Of a stretch of 64,000 nt of DNA, positions 27,773 to 38,383 are shown in pieces. The stretch lies in assembly GCA_963666055.2 (NCBI GenBank), contig CAXWPH010000015.1:1824001-1888000 (forward strand). Direction: 5' to 3'. A program made the translations under genes and the position numbers. Below the pieces are notes generated by a model. The model was not told the origin of the DNA, ran no database searches, and saw only the letters and a list, made by a program, of their open reading frames with translations. Positions within the stretch are counted from its first letter, which is position 1. Each line of letters begins with the position of its first letter. Source of the stretch: Acidobacteriota bacterium (GTDB lineage: Bacteria > Acidobacteriota > UBA890 > WLXD01).

Positions 27773-28980
27773 TCAAGCGACAGCCGGCGGCGCCGCGCGT
27801 TGATCCTTGAAGAACAAGAGATACGCTGCGGCGCACAACACGGTCACGACGCAGGGTACGAGAAACACGGTGAACCAATCGGTCACCCCGTCAACGGTGA
27901 ACCGGCTTTGCACGTAACCGGCGAAGTTGCTGCCGACGAAGCTGCCAACGCCCAAGGTGACGATGGCGATGAGACTCTGGGCCGAGGCCCGAATGCCGGC
28001 CGGCGCCACCGAGTCAACATAGATGAACGCCGCTACGAAAAAGAAAACGTAGCAGAAACCGTGCAGGGTCAACGACGCCACCACCAGCCACCACGGTGTG
28101 CCGATGGCGAAGATCACGTAGCGCACCGGCCAGGCGATGACGCCCAGCGCCAGGGTAGAGCGCATTCCGTAACGCTTGAAAAACCACGACAGCATCACCG
28201 CCAGCACGAAGATCTCGGCGATCTGAGCGATCGTCATGACGGCCGGTACGCGCGCCGGTGAAATGCCGATGGTCGACGACTGCAGATATGGTGCGGTAAG
28301 CACATAATAAAATTGCAGCTCGGTGGCAACGACGAACGAGATCGACATGAAGATGGCGAACTCGCGGTCGCGGAGCATGCGCAGCGCCTCCAGGAACGCC
28401 CAGGGCGTGCGGCTGTTACGCTGCGGCGGCGTGTGCGGCAACAGAAACGACTGCAGCCCCCATGAGGATGGAGAAGCCACCGGCAAGTAGGAACATGTCG
28501 CCGGCCATCGCCAGTCCGCCGGCGCTGGCGCGCCAGACCGCGAGTATCCATCCCGCCGCGATCCAACCGACCGTTCCCCAGACCCGGATCCGCCCGAACC
28601 CCTCTTCGGTGTCATCGAGGTTGCTCATGGCGATCGAGTTGGTGAGCGCCAACGTCGGCCGCATAGAGCAGGCAGTACACGAACATCACCAATGCTAGCG
28701 ACCGGTAGTCGGTCAGAGTGGCCGCGTACAGCAGCACCCCGCCGCCGGACAGCTGCAGAAAGGCGATGGTGTGCTCGGAGGCGAAGTAGCGATCAGCGAT
28801 CTGCCCGGCGACGAACGGAGCGATGATCGTGGCCAGGGGCAGAAGTGAATAGACGAACCCTACCTGCGTGCCCTCGAAGCTCAGGTCGGCGAGCAGATAC
28901 GCAGACAACACCGGGGCCCAAGCACCCCAGATGGCGTACTGCAGGAACATCATCAAGCCGAGCTGGAACTTGCCGCGCAT
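27773..28980 (-). pseudogene. NupG/XapB-like MFS nucleoside/sugar permease, frameshifted twice
   Basis: [23 protein letters not shown]...[10 protein letters not shown] and LPHTPP...AQIAEI lie in three successive frames; +1 shifts at ~28660 and ~28459. Confidence 0.8.
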
Positions 28981-29051
28981 ACGTGTCACGTGTCTCTGGT
29001 GGATGTCTGTCGACGAGCCGATGCTCCTCGTCGCCCTCGAACCGGCGAACG

Positions 29052-30671
29052 CTACACGATCTTCTGTTGGAACCGGTTCCCACTCGACCCTACGGGCGAG
29101 CCCGGTAGGACTTGGTGGCCATGTGACAGGTGATCGCTTCCTCGAGGCCGCGATCGATGTTGCAGCTCGGCTCGCCGCCGTGGCGCACCGTATCCAGCCA
29201 GTCCTTGATATGCAGCCAGTGGGTGCTGACGCGCTGGCCGCCCTGGTAGGTGAATAACAATCCGCGACTAGCGAAGTACTCCTCGGTGGCAGTGGTGACC
29301 GCGTCGAGCCCTTTGAAGCCTGGTCGATATGTGAGCAGAGGCCGATCGACGTCGACGACATCGCGCTCGATCAGATCCGCGTAGCGTGTCGATTGTGCCT
29401 CGGCGATCACCCGCACCCCGCCGCCGACTTCCATCGCGGCGTCGTGACCCATGAACACCTTGCCGCGTCCGCGTCCGCTCGCCAGCGTGGCGCTGTACAC
29501 GACGCTAAGATCGCGCTCCGGATACTCGTACACCACCTGGAAGGTGTCGGGCACGTCGCGGCCATCCTTGAAGAAGTAAACACCGCCCGAGGCAACCGCA
29601 GACTTCGGGATTCCGAGGTTCATGATCTGGTTGAGGGCATCGTACTCATGCGACAGCAAGTCGCCCGCCAACCCGGTGCCGTAGTCGTACCAGCAACGCC
29701 AGCGGAAGAACCGCTCGAGGTTGAAGGGCACCTGCTTGGCGGCGTTGCCCTGGAACTGCTCCCAATCGATGGTTTCGGGATTGCCTTCCGGGTGGATGTC
29801 CCATACCCAGGCGCCCCCAGGGATCGTTGCGGTTGGTGGTTGTTTCCACCAGCGTCACCTTGCCGAGGATCTCCTTCTCGATGATCTCGCGCGCCTTGTC
29901 GTGGCTCTCGAGCTGACGATTCTGGTGACCGAGCTGGAACTTGATGCCCGAAGTCTTGACTGCCTCCACCATCGGCAGAACCTCTTCCTCGGTGCGCGTC
30001 ATCGCCTTCTCGCAGTAGACGTGCTTGCCGGCAGCGGCGGCGGCGATTGTCATCGGCGCGTGCCAGTGATCGGGGGTAGCGATCAGCACAGCGTCGACAT
30101 CGGGGGAATTGAGCAGCTCCTCGTAGTGACGGAACCGGTAGGCGGGCCGCGAGCCCGAGTCACCGCCCGGGCGCGTCTCGTTGGCCGACGCTGCGATAGC
30201 ACGTTCGGCGCGCACGTCGAACACGTCGCAGACGGCGGTAAACGCCACGTTCAGATCGCCCTGCAGCATGAACTCGGAGAGCCGGGTGTTACGCGGATCC
30301 TCGGCCGCGGCCTGCCGCCACTCCTCGGTGACTTCAGGGTGAGCGAACCCCGCGCCGCGCATCAGCGTCTCGCCCCGGCCGCCGAAGCCGATGATCCCGA
30401 GGTTGATGCGATCGGCGGGCGGCCGGCTTTGTGCGTGGTCGATGATGGCTGGCGCATCACCGCTCACCCCGAGCTCGGCCAGCACCTGGTTTCGGCGCTC
30501 GTCAGCAAGCGTTTTCTTACGCCACGCCCCCCATCCGAGCGTACCCAGAACCGGCAGCGATGCCAGCCCCTTGAAGAGGTCGCGGCGATCGAGCGCTTTG
30601 CCGTGAGCTCTGCTCTTGTCGGGCGCGCCGCCGGGGCCGTCGATCTCCTGTTCGTTGTCGCCCGTGCTCAT
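29052..30671 (-). pseudogene. Gfo/Idh/MocA oxidoreductase with Tat-like signal, frameshifted
   Basis: RRDLFK; IATPDHWH, YCEKAM; RFFRWRCWYDYGTGLAGDLLSH in the next frame; +1 shifts at ~29816, ~29102, ~29070. Confidence 0.8.
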
Positions 30672-31159
30672 GCCGATTCCTCCTGGCGCCGGAGCAGTCC
30701 ACCGAGCCCCACCAGATCATCGGTAGGAAAGGCCCTGATGACCCACAGCGCCGCGATTTCGATCAAGGTCTTGTTGACGATCATGTACGACCCCTCGGCG
30801 GGAATCGTCGTTTCCAGTCCGGGCAGGGGTGGGTTGGCCAGGTAGTAGAGCCCCAGCACGACCATGCCGAGCAACGCCGCCGTGCGCGATCCCAGACCGA
30901 CGACCAGGGCCAGGCCGATGAGCGTCAAGCCCCACTTATTGAGCAGGTCGACCAGCTGCAGGCGCCCCGGTTCCGACACCAACCACAGGAACCACCCCGC
31001 AAACGGCCCCTGCGCCTCGGAAACGAACCCGGCCGAAGTCCAGTAAGAATTCTGCAGCTTGGCAATGCCCTCGTACAGCAAGTGCCAGCCAACCAGCATC
31101 CGCAGGGCCACCAGCGCCAGCCTCTGTCCGCTCCGGTATTGCGATGTCGAATGGGTCAT
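30668..31159 (-). CDS. DoxX family membrane protein
   Basis: LRMLVGWHLLYEGIAKL, WTSAG, EGSYMIVNKTLIE. Confidence 0.82.
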   Translation of the reverse strand: MTHSTSQYRSGQRLALVALRMLVGWHLLYEGIAKLQNSYWTSAGFVSEAQGPFAGWFLWLVSEPGRLQLVDLLNKWGLTLIGLALVVGLGSRTAALLGMVVLGLYYLANPPLPGLETTIPAEGSYMIVNKTLIEIAALWVIRAFPTDDLVGLGGLLRRQEESA

Positions 31160-32277
31160 CGGTCTCCAGGGGGTCCGGAGGTCTCGGGCCGGTTCGTCCA
31201 TCCGGCGGACTTGAGGATAGAGCCGTTGGCGGCAACGATCAGGCAGGCAGCCCCGGGGATCGACGCAACTAGCGGCATTCCCCTCGCCGGCCCGGCAACG
31301 AAGACTGCTGTCGCCAGGGCATCTGCGGTCATGGCGGTGGCCGCACGCACGGTCACGCTGCTGGTGTGTGCCGGCGATCCGCCGGTTGGGTCGACGATGT
31401 GGTGCAGCGTGCGCTCGCGATCGAAGTAGATCTCGTAACTTCCCGAAGTGGCGACGGCGCCATCGTGCAACCGCAGCACGTCGGGGTATTCGCCTCCCTT
31501 CTCCGGATCCTGTATTGCAACGCTCCACGGCGCCCGTCCATCGCGAGTTCCGGCGGTGCGGATGTCGCCGCCGGCGTTGATCAGGTAGGCGTCCACACCA
31601 CGCGCTTGAAGCGCGTGTGCCATTCGGTCGACGATGAACCCCTTCGCCATACCGTCCAGCGTCACGCTGGTGCGCTCTCCACGAAGCAGAACGCCTCGCC
31701 CATCGATATCGACGCCGGCCGATTCGACCCGCGCCAGCGCCTCGCCGAGCTCGGCACTACTCGGCGGGCGGCTGGCGCCGGACTCACGCCCCTGTCGCAG
31801 CAGGTCAACCACTGGCGCCACGGCGATGTCGAACGCACCGGCGCTGAGCAGCTCGAACCCACGGGCTCGTTGTAGCAGGTAGACGAGCTCATCGGGGGCC
31901 GACCGCAGCGCTCCGGTGTCGTTGAGCACGCCCATCGCAGAGGTCGGCTCGTGGCGATTGAGAATCGCGATGAGCCGATCCATCTCGGCCAGCCCACGGC
32001 CAATTGCTTCCTCCGCCAACAGGCGCGACTCATGAAACGCAGACACCGAGACCACGGTTCCCATCGCCGGCACTGACTGCGACACCCGCCAGCCGGCGGC
32101 AAGCATCTCAGCCTCGATGGTGAGCGGCCCCTCGACGCACTCGAAGCCCATCTGGAGCAAGCCAGCAAGCTTGCGGGCCCGGCGCTGCGAGTCGGTTTCG
32201 ACGACGTTCGTCACGATCGGAGGCGAGTCCGGTGGGAAGTTGGGTGAGAGAGTATCAGGCGCGGGTCGTGGCAACAA
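31156..32277 (-). CDS. apbE: FAD:protein FMN transferase
   Basis: AMGT, GAFDIAV, LDGMAKGFIVD, INAGGDI, ATSGSYE, HHIVDP, ADALAT; start uncertain. Confidence 0.88.
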   Translation of the reverse strand: MLPRPAPDTLSPNFPPDSPPIVTNVVETDSQRRARKLAGLLQMGFECVEGPLTIEAEMLAAGWRVSQSVPAMGTVVSVSAFHESRLLAEEAIGRGLAEMDRLIAILNRHEPTSAMGVLNDTGALRSAPDELVYLLQRARGFELLSAGAFDIAVAPVVDLLRQGRESGASRPPSSAELGEALARVESAGVDIDGRGVLLRGERTSVTLDGMAKGFIVDRMAHALQARGVDAYLINAGGDIRTAGTRDGRAPWSVAIQDPEKGGEYPDVLRLHDGAVATSGSYEIYFDRERTLHHIVDPTGGSPAHTSSVTVRAATAMTADALATAVFVAGPARGMPLVASIPGAACLIVAANGSILKSAGWTNRPETSGPPGDR

Positions 32278-32361
32278 AAGGAAACCGGACGTGAGTAGCC
32301 GTCGTCGTATCAGCTAGACAACGCATGTCGCGTCTGCCCGGCGCCGGCAGGACAGGAGGCT

Positions 32362-34812
32362 ATGGTGGGTGATTTCGCACGAGATCTGAGGTTCGGAGCC
32401 CGACAACTGATCAACAGTCCCGGGTTCACCGTGGCGGCGGTAGCGTGCCTGGCGCTGGGCATCGGAGCCAACACGGCCGCGTTCAGCTTCGTGCGGGCGT
32501 TCCTCTACCAGACGGCGCCGATCCGTGAGCCCGAGAGCCTCGTGCGCATGTACCTCAACTACAACAGCGGACTGCAGTTCGGCTCCTGGTCGTACCCCGA
32601 CCTGGTGGACATGCGCGCGGCCACCGACGACGTATTCCAGCAGGTCTTGGCCGACACCGTCGGCATCTTCAGCTTCAGCGCCGGCGGCGAGAGCCGCCGT
32701 ATCTTCGGCACCTATGTCACTGGAAACTACTTCGACATGCTGGGTGTAGAACCGCAGCTCGGGCGCGGCTTCCTGCCCGAAGAAGATCAGACCGAAGGCA
32801 CCCATCCGGTGGCCGTTCTCAGGCATCGATTCTGGAGCGACGCGCTCGGCGCTGATCCGGGAATTCTGGGACGCAGCATACTGCTGAACGGACAGGAGAT
32901 CACCGTGATCGGGGTAGCGCCCGCCGCTTATGAAGGTAACAACACCGGCATTCGGACCGAGCTTTGGATCCCGTTCAGCATGGAGCCTGCGTTGACACCT
33001 TCGGGTTCCAACCTCGAGCGTCGCGGCAATCATTGGATCCAGTCAGCCACCGGCCGGCTGCGGCCTGGTGTCACGATGCAGCAGGCCAAATCGGCACTCG
33101 ACGCCTTGTACGTGGATCTGCAGGAGCTCTACCCGGATACCAATACCGCCATCACGGTCGATTTCTATCCGGAGAGCAAGGCGGCGCTGCACCCTGCGAT
33201 TCGCGGCGGGTTCGTCGCCATGCTGTCGTTGTTGTCTGGCGTCGTCGGCTTCGTGTTGCTGCTGGCCTGCGCCAACGTCGCCGGCCTACTGGTGGCGCGG
33301 TCGACCGCCCGGACGCGCGAGGTGGGCATCCGTCTGGCGCTGGGCGCCGGCAGGGGACGACTGATTCGTCAGCTGCTGACCGAAAGCGCCGTGTTATCGC
33401 TGCTCGGCGGGGCGCTCGGTGTGCTCCTGGGCTTGGCTCTCATCGGCCTGCTCAAGTCATTTCAACCCCCCACCGGGGTGCCGCTGCGGATCGATGTCGG
33501 GATGGACGCCACCGTGCTGGCGTTCACGTTCCTGGTCACGGCGGCCACCGGGCTGGTTTTCGGGTTGGCGCCGGCGATCACCTCCACCCGGCAAGATCTG
33601 GTAGTCGCGTTGAAGGACGGCGCGCCCGGCTCTGGAGGGCGCTCGACGCGCTTGCGCGACGCTCTCGTCGTCGGCCAGGTGGCCCTGTGCTTGGTGCTGC
33701 TGATCGCCGCCGGGATGGTGCTGCGAAGTCTGCAGCAAGTGCAGCGTCTGGATCTGGGCTTCAACCCGGAGAGGCTGATTCACGCCAGCGTCGACCCGGC
33801 ACTGCAAGGTTACCCGGTGGAGGAGCTCGACGGCTTCTTCGACGAGCTGCGTGCGGACCTACTGGCACAGCCCGGCATCGAAGCGGTGGGCTATTCGCGG
33901 GCGACGCCGCTGTCGCTGATGTCGCGCACGCGCGACGTGTTGCCCGAGGGATACGAGATTCCGGAAGGACAGGACTGGCCCAGCCTCGACTACAACGAGG
34001 TCGATCACGGCTACTTCGCCGCTATGGGAATCCCGATCTTGCGCGGCCGGTCATTCGCCGCTGAAGACGGCCGCGATGCGGCGCCCGTGGCAGTGATCAA
34101 CCAAGCGTTCGCCGACCGCTTCTGGCCCCGCGACACCGCGGTCGGCAAGCGGATCCGTAGTGGCGGCCAGGAGCGGGAGATTATCGGCGTCGTGCCGACC
34201 GGCAAGTACTTCAGCCTCGGCGAGGATCCGAAGCCCTACTTCTATGGCGCTCGAGCCCAGGAGTACCGTGGCGAGCTGACCTTTGTGCACGTGCGCACCG
34301 CTGGCGATGCCGCTGCCGCCCTCGAAACCGTACGCCGAACCTTCCAACGCCGTGATCCGACGATGCCGGTAACCGATCTGAATACCGGGCACGGCAGCCT
34401 GGGGCTGGCGTTCTTGCCGGCGCGCCTCGCCGCCGGCGTGGTCTCGGCGTTCGCCGGCCTGGCGTTGCTACTGGCGGCGGTCGGGCTCTACGGTGTGATC
34501 TCCTTTGCTGTGGCACAGGGTTTCCGCGAGATCGGCATCCGCATGGCGGTCTGAGCTCGGGCCGTTGACGTGATTCGAGCCGTGATGCTGCACGGTGCTC
34601 GGTTGACGCTCGTCGGGCTCGTGCTTGGCGTGGCCGGCGGACTTCTGCTGTCGCGTGTCGCAACCACGGTGCTGTATGGCGTCAGCGCCACCGACTTCGC
34701 TGCCTACGGTGTCGGGGTGCTGGTCTTGGGGGTGACCGCCGCGGCGGCGAGCTTCGTCCCGGCGCTGAGGGCAACACGCATCGATCCGCTGGTGGCGTTG
34801 CGTACCGATTAG
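32362..34812 (+). CDS. ADOP-type (MacB/FtsX duplicated) ABC transporter permease, interrupted by an in-frame TGA at 34552-34554
   Basis: RDLRFGARQL..PGF, LLLACANVA, REVGIRLALGA, REIGIRMAV*ARAVDV...RATRIDPLVALRTD all in one frame. Confidence 0.85.
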
Positions 34813-34899
34813 GTGGCTGGCCGACCGAGGGGCCTGTTGGCTGGCGTGGGTCTGCGCTAGTGCGTTCTCCGCAACATCAGGCTGCATGCGCACGTCTCC

Positions 34900-34961
34900 T
34901 ATACATATTTATATGTATATATAGAATGTTGTGGCTAATTTATGCATACTAATCTGTATGC
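34900..34961. promoter_or_regulatory. AT-rich promoter/operator of vapBC
   Basis: Inverted repeats TATACATAT-TT-ATATGTATA (34900-34919) and GCATAC-N6-GTATGC overlapping the ATG. Confidence 0.6.
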
Positions 34962-35155
34962 GAACGACCCTGAATATCGATGACACCCTGCTACGACAGG
35001 CCCGCGAGCTAACCGGCATCCGCGAGAAGACCGCGCTGGTGCGGGCCGGTCTCGAAGCGTTGATTGCTCGCGAGAGCGCTCGGCGCCTGGCAAAGCTCGG
35101 GGGATCGGAAAAGGCCATCGAGCTCATCCCACCCCGACGCCCACGCGGCGGCTGA
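34958..35155 (+). CDS. vapB: Type II antitoxin, VapB family
   Basis: MRTTLNIDDTLL...TGIREKTALVRAGLEALIARESARRLAKLGG. Confidence 0.88.
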   Translation: MRTTLNIDDTLLRQARELTGIREKTALVRAGLEALIARESARRLAKLGGSEKAIELIPPRRPRGG

Positions 35156-35159
35156 CGGT

Positions 35160-35519
35160 ATGGTGCTGGCGGACACCTCGATCTGGGTACGCCACCTGCG
35201 GCTCGGGGATCTAGATCTGATGCGCCTGCTGCGCGCCGAACGGGTGCTGACCCACCCCTTCGTGCTCACCGAGCTCGGAACCCGCACGTTGGATCACCGT
35301 GATGAGATCCTGAGACTATTGCAAACACTGCCGCACGCCGTGGTGGCCGACACTGGCGAGGTCGATCGACTGATCGACGTGCGGGCGCTGGCCGGCAGGG
35401 GGCTAGGTTTGGTCGATGTTCATCTGTTGGCGTCGGCGCTACTCAGCGATGCGCGCCTGTGGAGCTCTGACCGGCGTCTGAGCGAAGTCGCCGCCGAGCT
35501 CGATGTCGGCATCGAATAA
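35160..35519 (+). CDS. vapC: PIN-domain toxin, VapC family
   Basis: MVLADTSIW, HPFVLTEL, GLVDVHLLASA, LWSSDRRL. Confidence 0.88.
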   Translation: MVLADTSIWVRHLRLGDLDLMRLLRAERVLTHPFVLTELGTRTLDHRDEILRLLQTLPHAVVADTGEVDRLIDVRALAGRGLGLVDVHLLASALLSDARLWSSDRRLSEVAAELDVGIE

Positions 35520-35577
35520 CTCTCCGCCGGCGACAGACTCGGCGCGGCGGCGAACCGAGGAACGGCAGTTCAGGCGC

Positions 35578-37008
35578 TCACTGGCCTGTCTCGCCCGCCC
35601 GCGCGGCGATCGCCTGGAGCTTCTCCTGGATCTCTTCTTCACCGATCCATCGGCCGCTGACCACTACGCCGGAGCGGTCGGCGAAGTTGCTCACGTCATC
35701 GGTCGGATCGGCGTTCAGCAACACCAGGTCGGCGCGGCGGCCGACCGTCACAGAGCCGTAGTCGTCGGTAGCGCCATAGAATTGCGCTACCGCCTGCGTA
35801 CCCGCGAACAGCACATCGTAGGGACTCAACCCAGATTCCACCATCAGCGCCATCTCGTGGTGGATCGAGAACCCGGGCACGCTGAAGATCTGCGGCGAGT
35901 CGGTACCCAGCAGCACCGGTACGCCCGCGTCGTGGAGCGCCTTCAGCACGCGACGCCGTAGCGACAAGATGTTCGCTACGGCCTCGCGATCTTCGCCGAG
36001 TTGCTTGACCCGCTGGTTGGTTCCGTCCACCCAGCCATCTACCATGTCGGACGGCATGTAGCGAGTCTCGGGGCGCACCTCCAACCACTCCTCGCCGGTG
36101 CGGGCACCGAAGAGCACCTCCCAGAGCGCCATGGTGGGCACGACGCCTGCGTCGGCCTCGACAGTCGCGGCTACCGCCTCGGCAATCTTGGTATCGTCAA
36201 TGTCGCCCGCCAACTGACCGAGGTCGAAGAGGCCCAGATCTGCCACAGCGCGCTGATCGTCGATGAGCGCCTCCAGGTAGCCGTCCAAGTGGTCGATCGT
36301 CAGCTGGCCCTTATCTAGCGCGTGATACAGCCCCACGTGGTTGGTGACGTGCCCCGAGAAGCTGATGCCGATTTCGTTGGCGGCGTCCGCGATGGCGTCG
36401 TAGACCTCGCGGCTGAGACCCTCATGCACCTTGAGATGGTCGAACCCGGCGGCACTAGCGCTTCGCACCAGCTCGACTGCTTGGTCGGGCTCGGTCACGT
36501 TCTCGCCGTGCAGCATCGGCGCGCTGACCAGGATTCGCGGCCCGACGAGCTCGCCGCGGGCCAACGACTCCCGTAGCGGCAAGTGCTGCGGGCCCCCCTG
36601 CATGCCACGAACCAACGTGACTCCATTGGCAACGTAGAGAAACAGGATGTCGCGCGTGAACTGTCCCTCGGCGTCCTGTGGGTAGTGCCCGTGCATCTCG
36701 ACCACGCCGGGCATCAAGTACTTACCCGCTGCATCGACCACGGTTGTCTCCGGAGCGAACCCTAGTGCTCCGGTTGCCTCCACGGCAACGATGCGCTCCC
36801 CAGCGACCACCACCGTCTGGTCGACGAGCCGTTCGGTACCATCCATGGGCAGGACGGTGACGTGTGTGATCGCCAGGTTGCCTTCGGCAATCGGCAGCCT
36901 CGCTTCACCGGCACAGGCGCCGATCACGATGCTAGCGAGCAGCGCGGTACATCGGCCAGCAACTGTGGAAAGGCGAGCCCGGCGGTTCGAGGTCAAGAAC
37001 GGCCTCAT
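35578..37008 (-). CDS. Amidohydrolase family protein (probably lipoprotein)
   Basis: GKYLMPGVVEMHGH, LLGTDSP, GRRADLVLLNADP; lipobox-like IGAC. Confidence 0.85.
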   Translation of the reverse strand: MRPFLTSNRRARLSTVAGRCTALLASIVIGACAGEARLPIAEGNLAITHVTVLPMDGTERLVDQTVVVAGERIVAVEATGALGFAPETTVVDAAGKYLMPGVVEMHGHYPQDAEGQFTRDILFLYVANGVTLVRGMQGGPQHLPLRESLARGELVGPRILVSAPMLHGENVTEPDQAVELVRSASAAGFDHLKVHEGLSREVYDAIADAANEIGISFSGHVTNHVGLYHALDKGQLTIDHLDGYLEALIDDQRAVADLGLFDLGQLAGDIDDTKIAEAVAATVEADAGVVPTMALWEVLFGARTGEEWLEVRPETRYMPSDMVDGWVDGTNQRVKQLGEDREAVANILSLRRRVLKALHDAGVPVLLGTDSPQIFSVPGFSIHHEMALMVESGLSPYDVLFAGTQAVAQFYGATDDYGSVTVGRRADLVLLNADPTDDVSNFADRSGVVVSGRWIGEEEIQEKLQAIAARAGETGQ

Positions 37009-37054
37009 GGTCAAGCTCCCGTTGTCAACCCGCCGTCTCTCGGGGACTACGCCT

Positions 37055-37915
37055 CTACTGCTCCCCCTGGGCGACCTGCTCCGGCTCGGCTTCCTCGTCC
37101 GCTGCCTCCGCCTCATCGGCTGCGGGCGCGGGCATAACGGCAGCGACTTGTTCAGCCATCCAGGCATCGAAATCCGCTTGCTCGTGGATGGTGTAGAAGC
37201 CACGCATGCGGTAGTGGCCGAGGCCGCAGAGCTGTGCGCAGGTGATCTCCCAGCAGGTCTTGTCGCCGGCGCAGGCCGGATACACGGACTCCTGCGGCGT
37301 CACCATGATCGGGGTGAAGTGCACCGGGATCATGAGACCGGGGATGATGTCCTGCTTCACACGCATCTGCTGCAGGGCGAAGCTGTGGATCACGTCCTTC
37401 GAGGACAACAGCAGCGTGACCGGTCGATCTACCGGCAGATGCAGCTGGTTGGTCGAGATCACATCGTCGACCGCATAGGAGTCCGAGCGGTCGATCCCGA
37501 TGGTGTTGGTCGGCGTAATGAACTCGAGGCCGGTACGACCGAAGACACCGTCGGGTCCGCTGTAGTGAATGTTCCACAGGAACTGCTCGGCAACCACCCG
37601 CACCTCGAGTGCGTCACCGTCGGCCGGCGTTGCGACCCAGCTCGCCCACGCCGGGATGGCGAAGAAAACCAGCAACACCACCTCGATGACGGCAACGCCG
37701 ATCTCGACGTACCGCGAGAAGTGGCTGGTGGCCCCTTTGTAGCTGGCGCGAGGATTGGCGCCGGCGCGGAAACGAAATACGGCGTAAGCGAAGTAGGCCC
37801 CCCAGCCGACGAACAAGATCGCCATCACCCAGTGCACCAGCGCCGACATCTCGTCCAGCACCTGTCCATGGGCCGCACCGTTTGGCGGCATCCATTGCTG
37901 CAATAGCGAGAGCAT
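37055..37915 (-). CDS. ctaC: Cytochrome c oxidase subunit II
   Basis: Two TM helices; SKDVIHSF; CuA motif CAQLCGLGHYRM. Confidence 0.9.
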   Translation of the reverse strand: MLSLLQQWMPPNGAAHGQVLDEMSALVHWVMAILFVGWGAYFAYAVFRFRAGANPRASYKGATSHFSRYVEIGVAVIEVVLLVFFAIPAWASWVATPADGDALEVRVVAEQFLWNIHYSGPDGVFGRTGLEFITPTNTIGIDRSDSYAVDDVISTNQLHLPVDRPVTLLLSSKDVIHSFALQQMRVKQDIIPGLMIPVHFTPIMVTPQESVYPACAGDKTCWEITCAQLCGLGHYRMRGFYTIHEQADFDAWMAEQVAAVMPAPAADEAEAADEEAEPEQVAQGEQ

Positions 37916-38179
37916 TTACTGCACGCCTCCGTCGATCACCTTGAAGCTCTCCCGGCGTTCGCGCAGCAGCTTGCCGCGGCGCCATATGCCCACGAACAGC
38001 GCTACGAAGCCGATCTGAACGACGCCGACCACGGCCAGCATCGACAAGATACCGTTGTTGATGCCGCGCGCCGCCGGACCGCCGATATCGCCATAGCAGA
38101 CCGGGCACGCTGCCGCGACGGCCGGAACGAGCGCCGCCGAAGCGGCCAGCATCACGATCAAAGCCACCCGGCGAAGCAT
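37916..38179 (-). CDS. Small exported/membrane CxxC protein in the oxidase operon
   Basis: Signal peptide ending AAA-CPVC, then one TM helix; translationally coupled to its neighbours. Confidence 0.7.
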   Translation of the reverse strand: MLRRVALIVMLAASAALVPAVAAACPVCYGDIGGPAARGINNGILSMLAVVGVVQIGFVALFVGIWRRGKLLRERRESFKVIDGGVQ

Positions 38180-38382
38180 CAGATTCCCAGCTCCCGGATC
38201 TTGCGTACGAACCGTACTCCGTAGGCCACCAGGAATATGCCGCTGGCGTAAAACACCACAGCTAACGACAGGTCACCGGTCTGAGCGGAGAGTCGATACT
38301 GCTGCAGCGCCCAGGCGCCGACCATGAAGCAGAGGATGATCGAAGCGCAGATGAACACGACGTGAAACGACTTCAGCGACAT
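38179..38382 (-). CDS. Small two-TM membrane protein
   Basis: MSLKSFHVVFI...; TGA-G-ATG coupling to subunit IV. Confidence 0.7.
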   Translation of the reverse strand: MSLKSFHVVFICASIILCFMVGAWALQQYRLSAQTGDLSLAVVFYASGIFLVAYGVRFVRKIRELGI

Positions 38383-38383
38383 C

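Noticed and set aside
19609-34554. Genome-wide UGA reassignment (e.g. to Gly or Trp) suggested by two in-frame UGAs
   Set aside because: Many conserved genes (clpX, engB, prmC, rpmA, nadD) end cleanly at TGA, so the standard code applies
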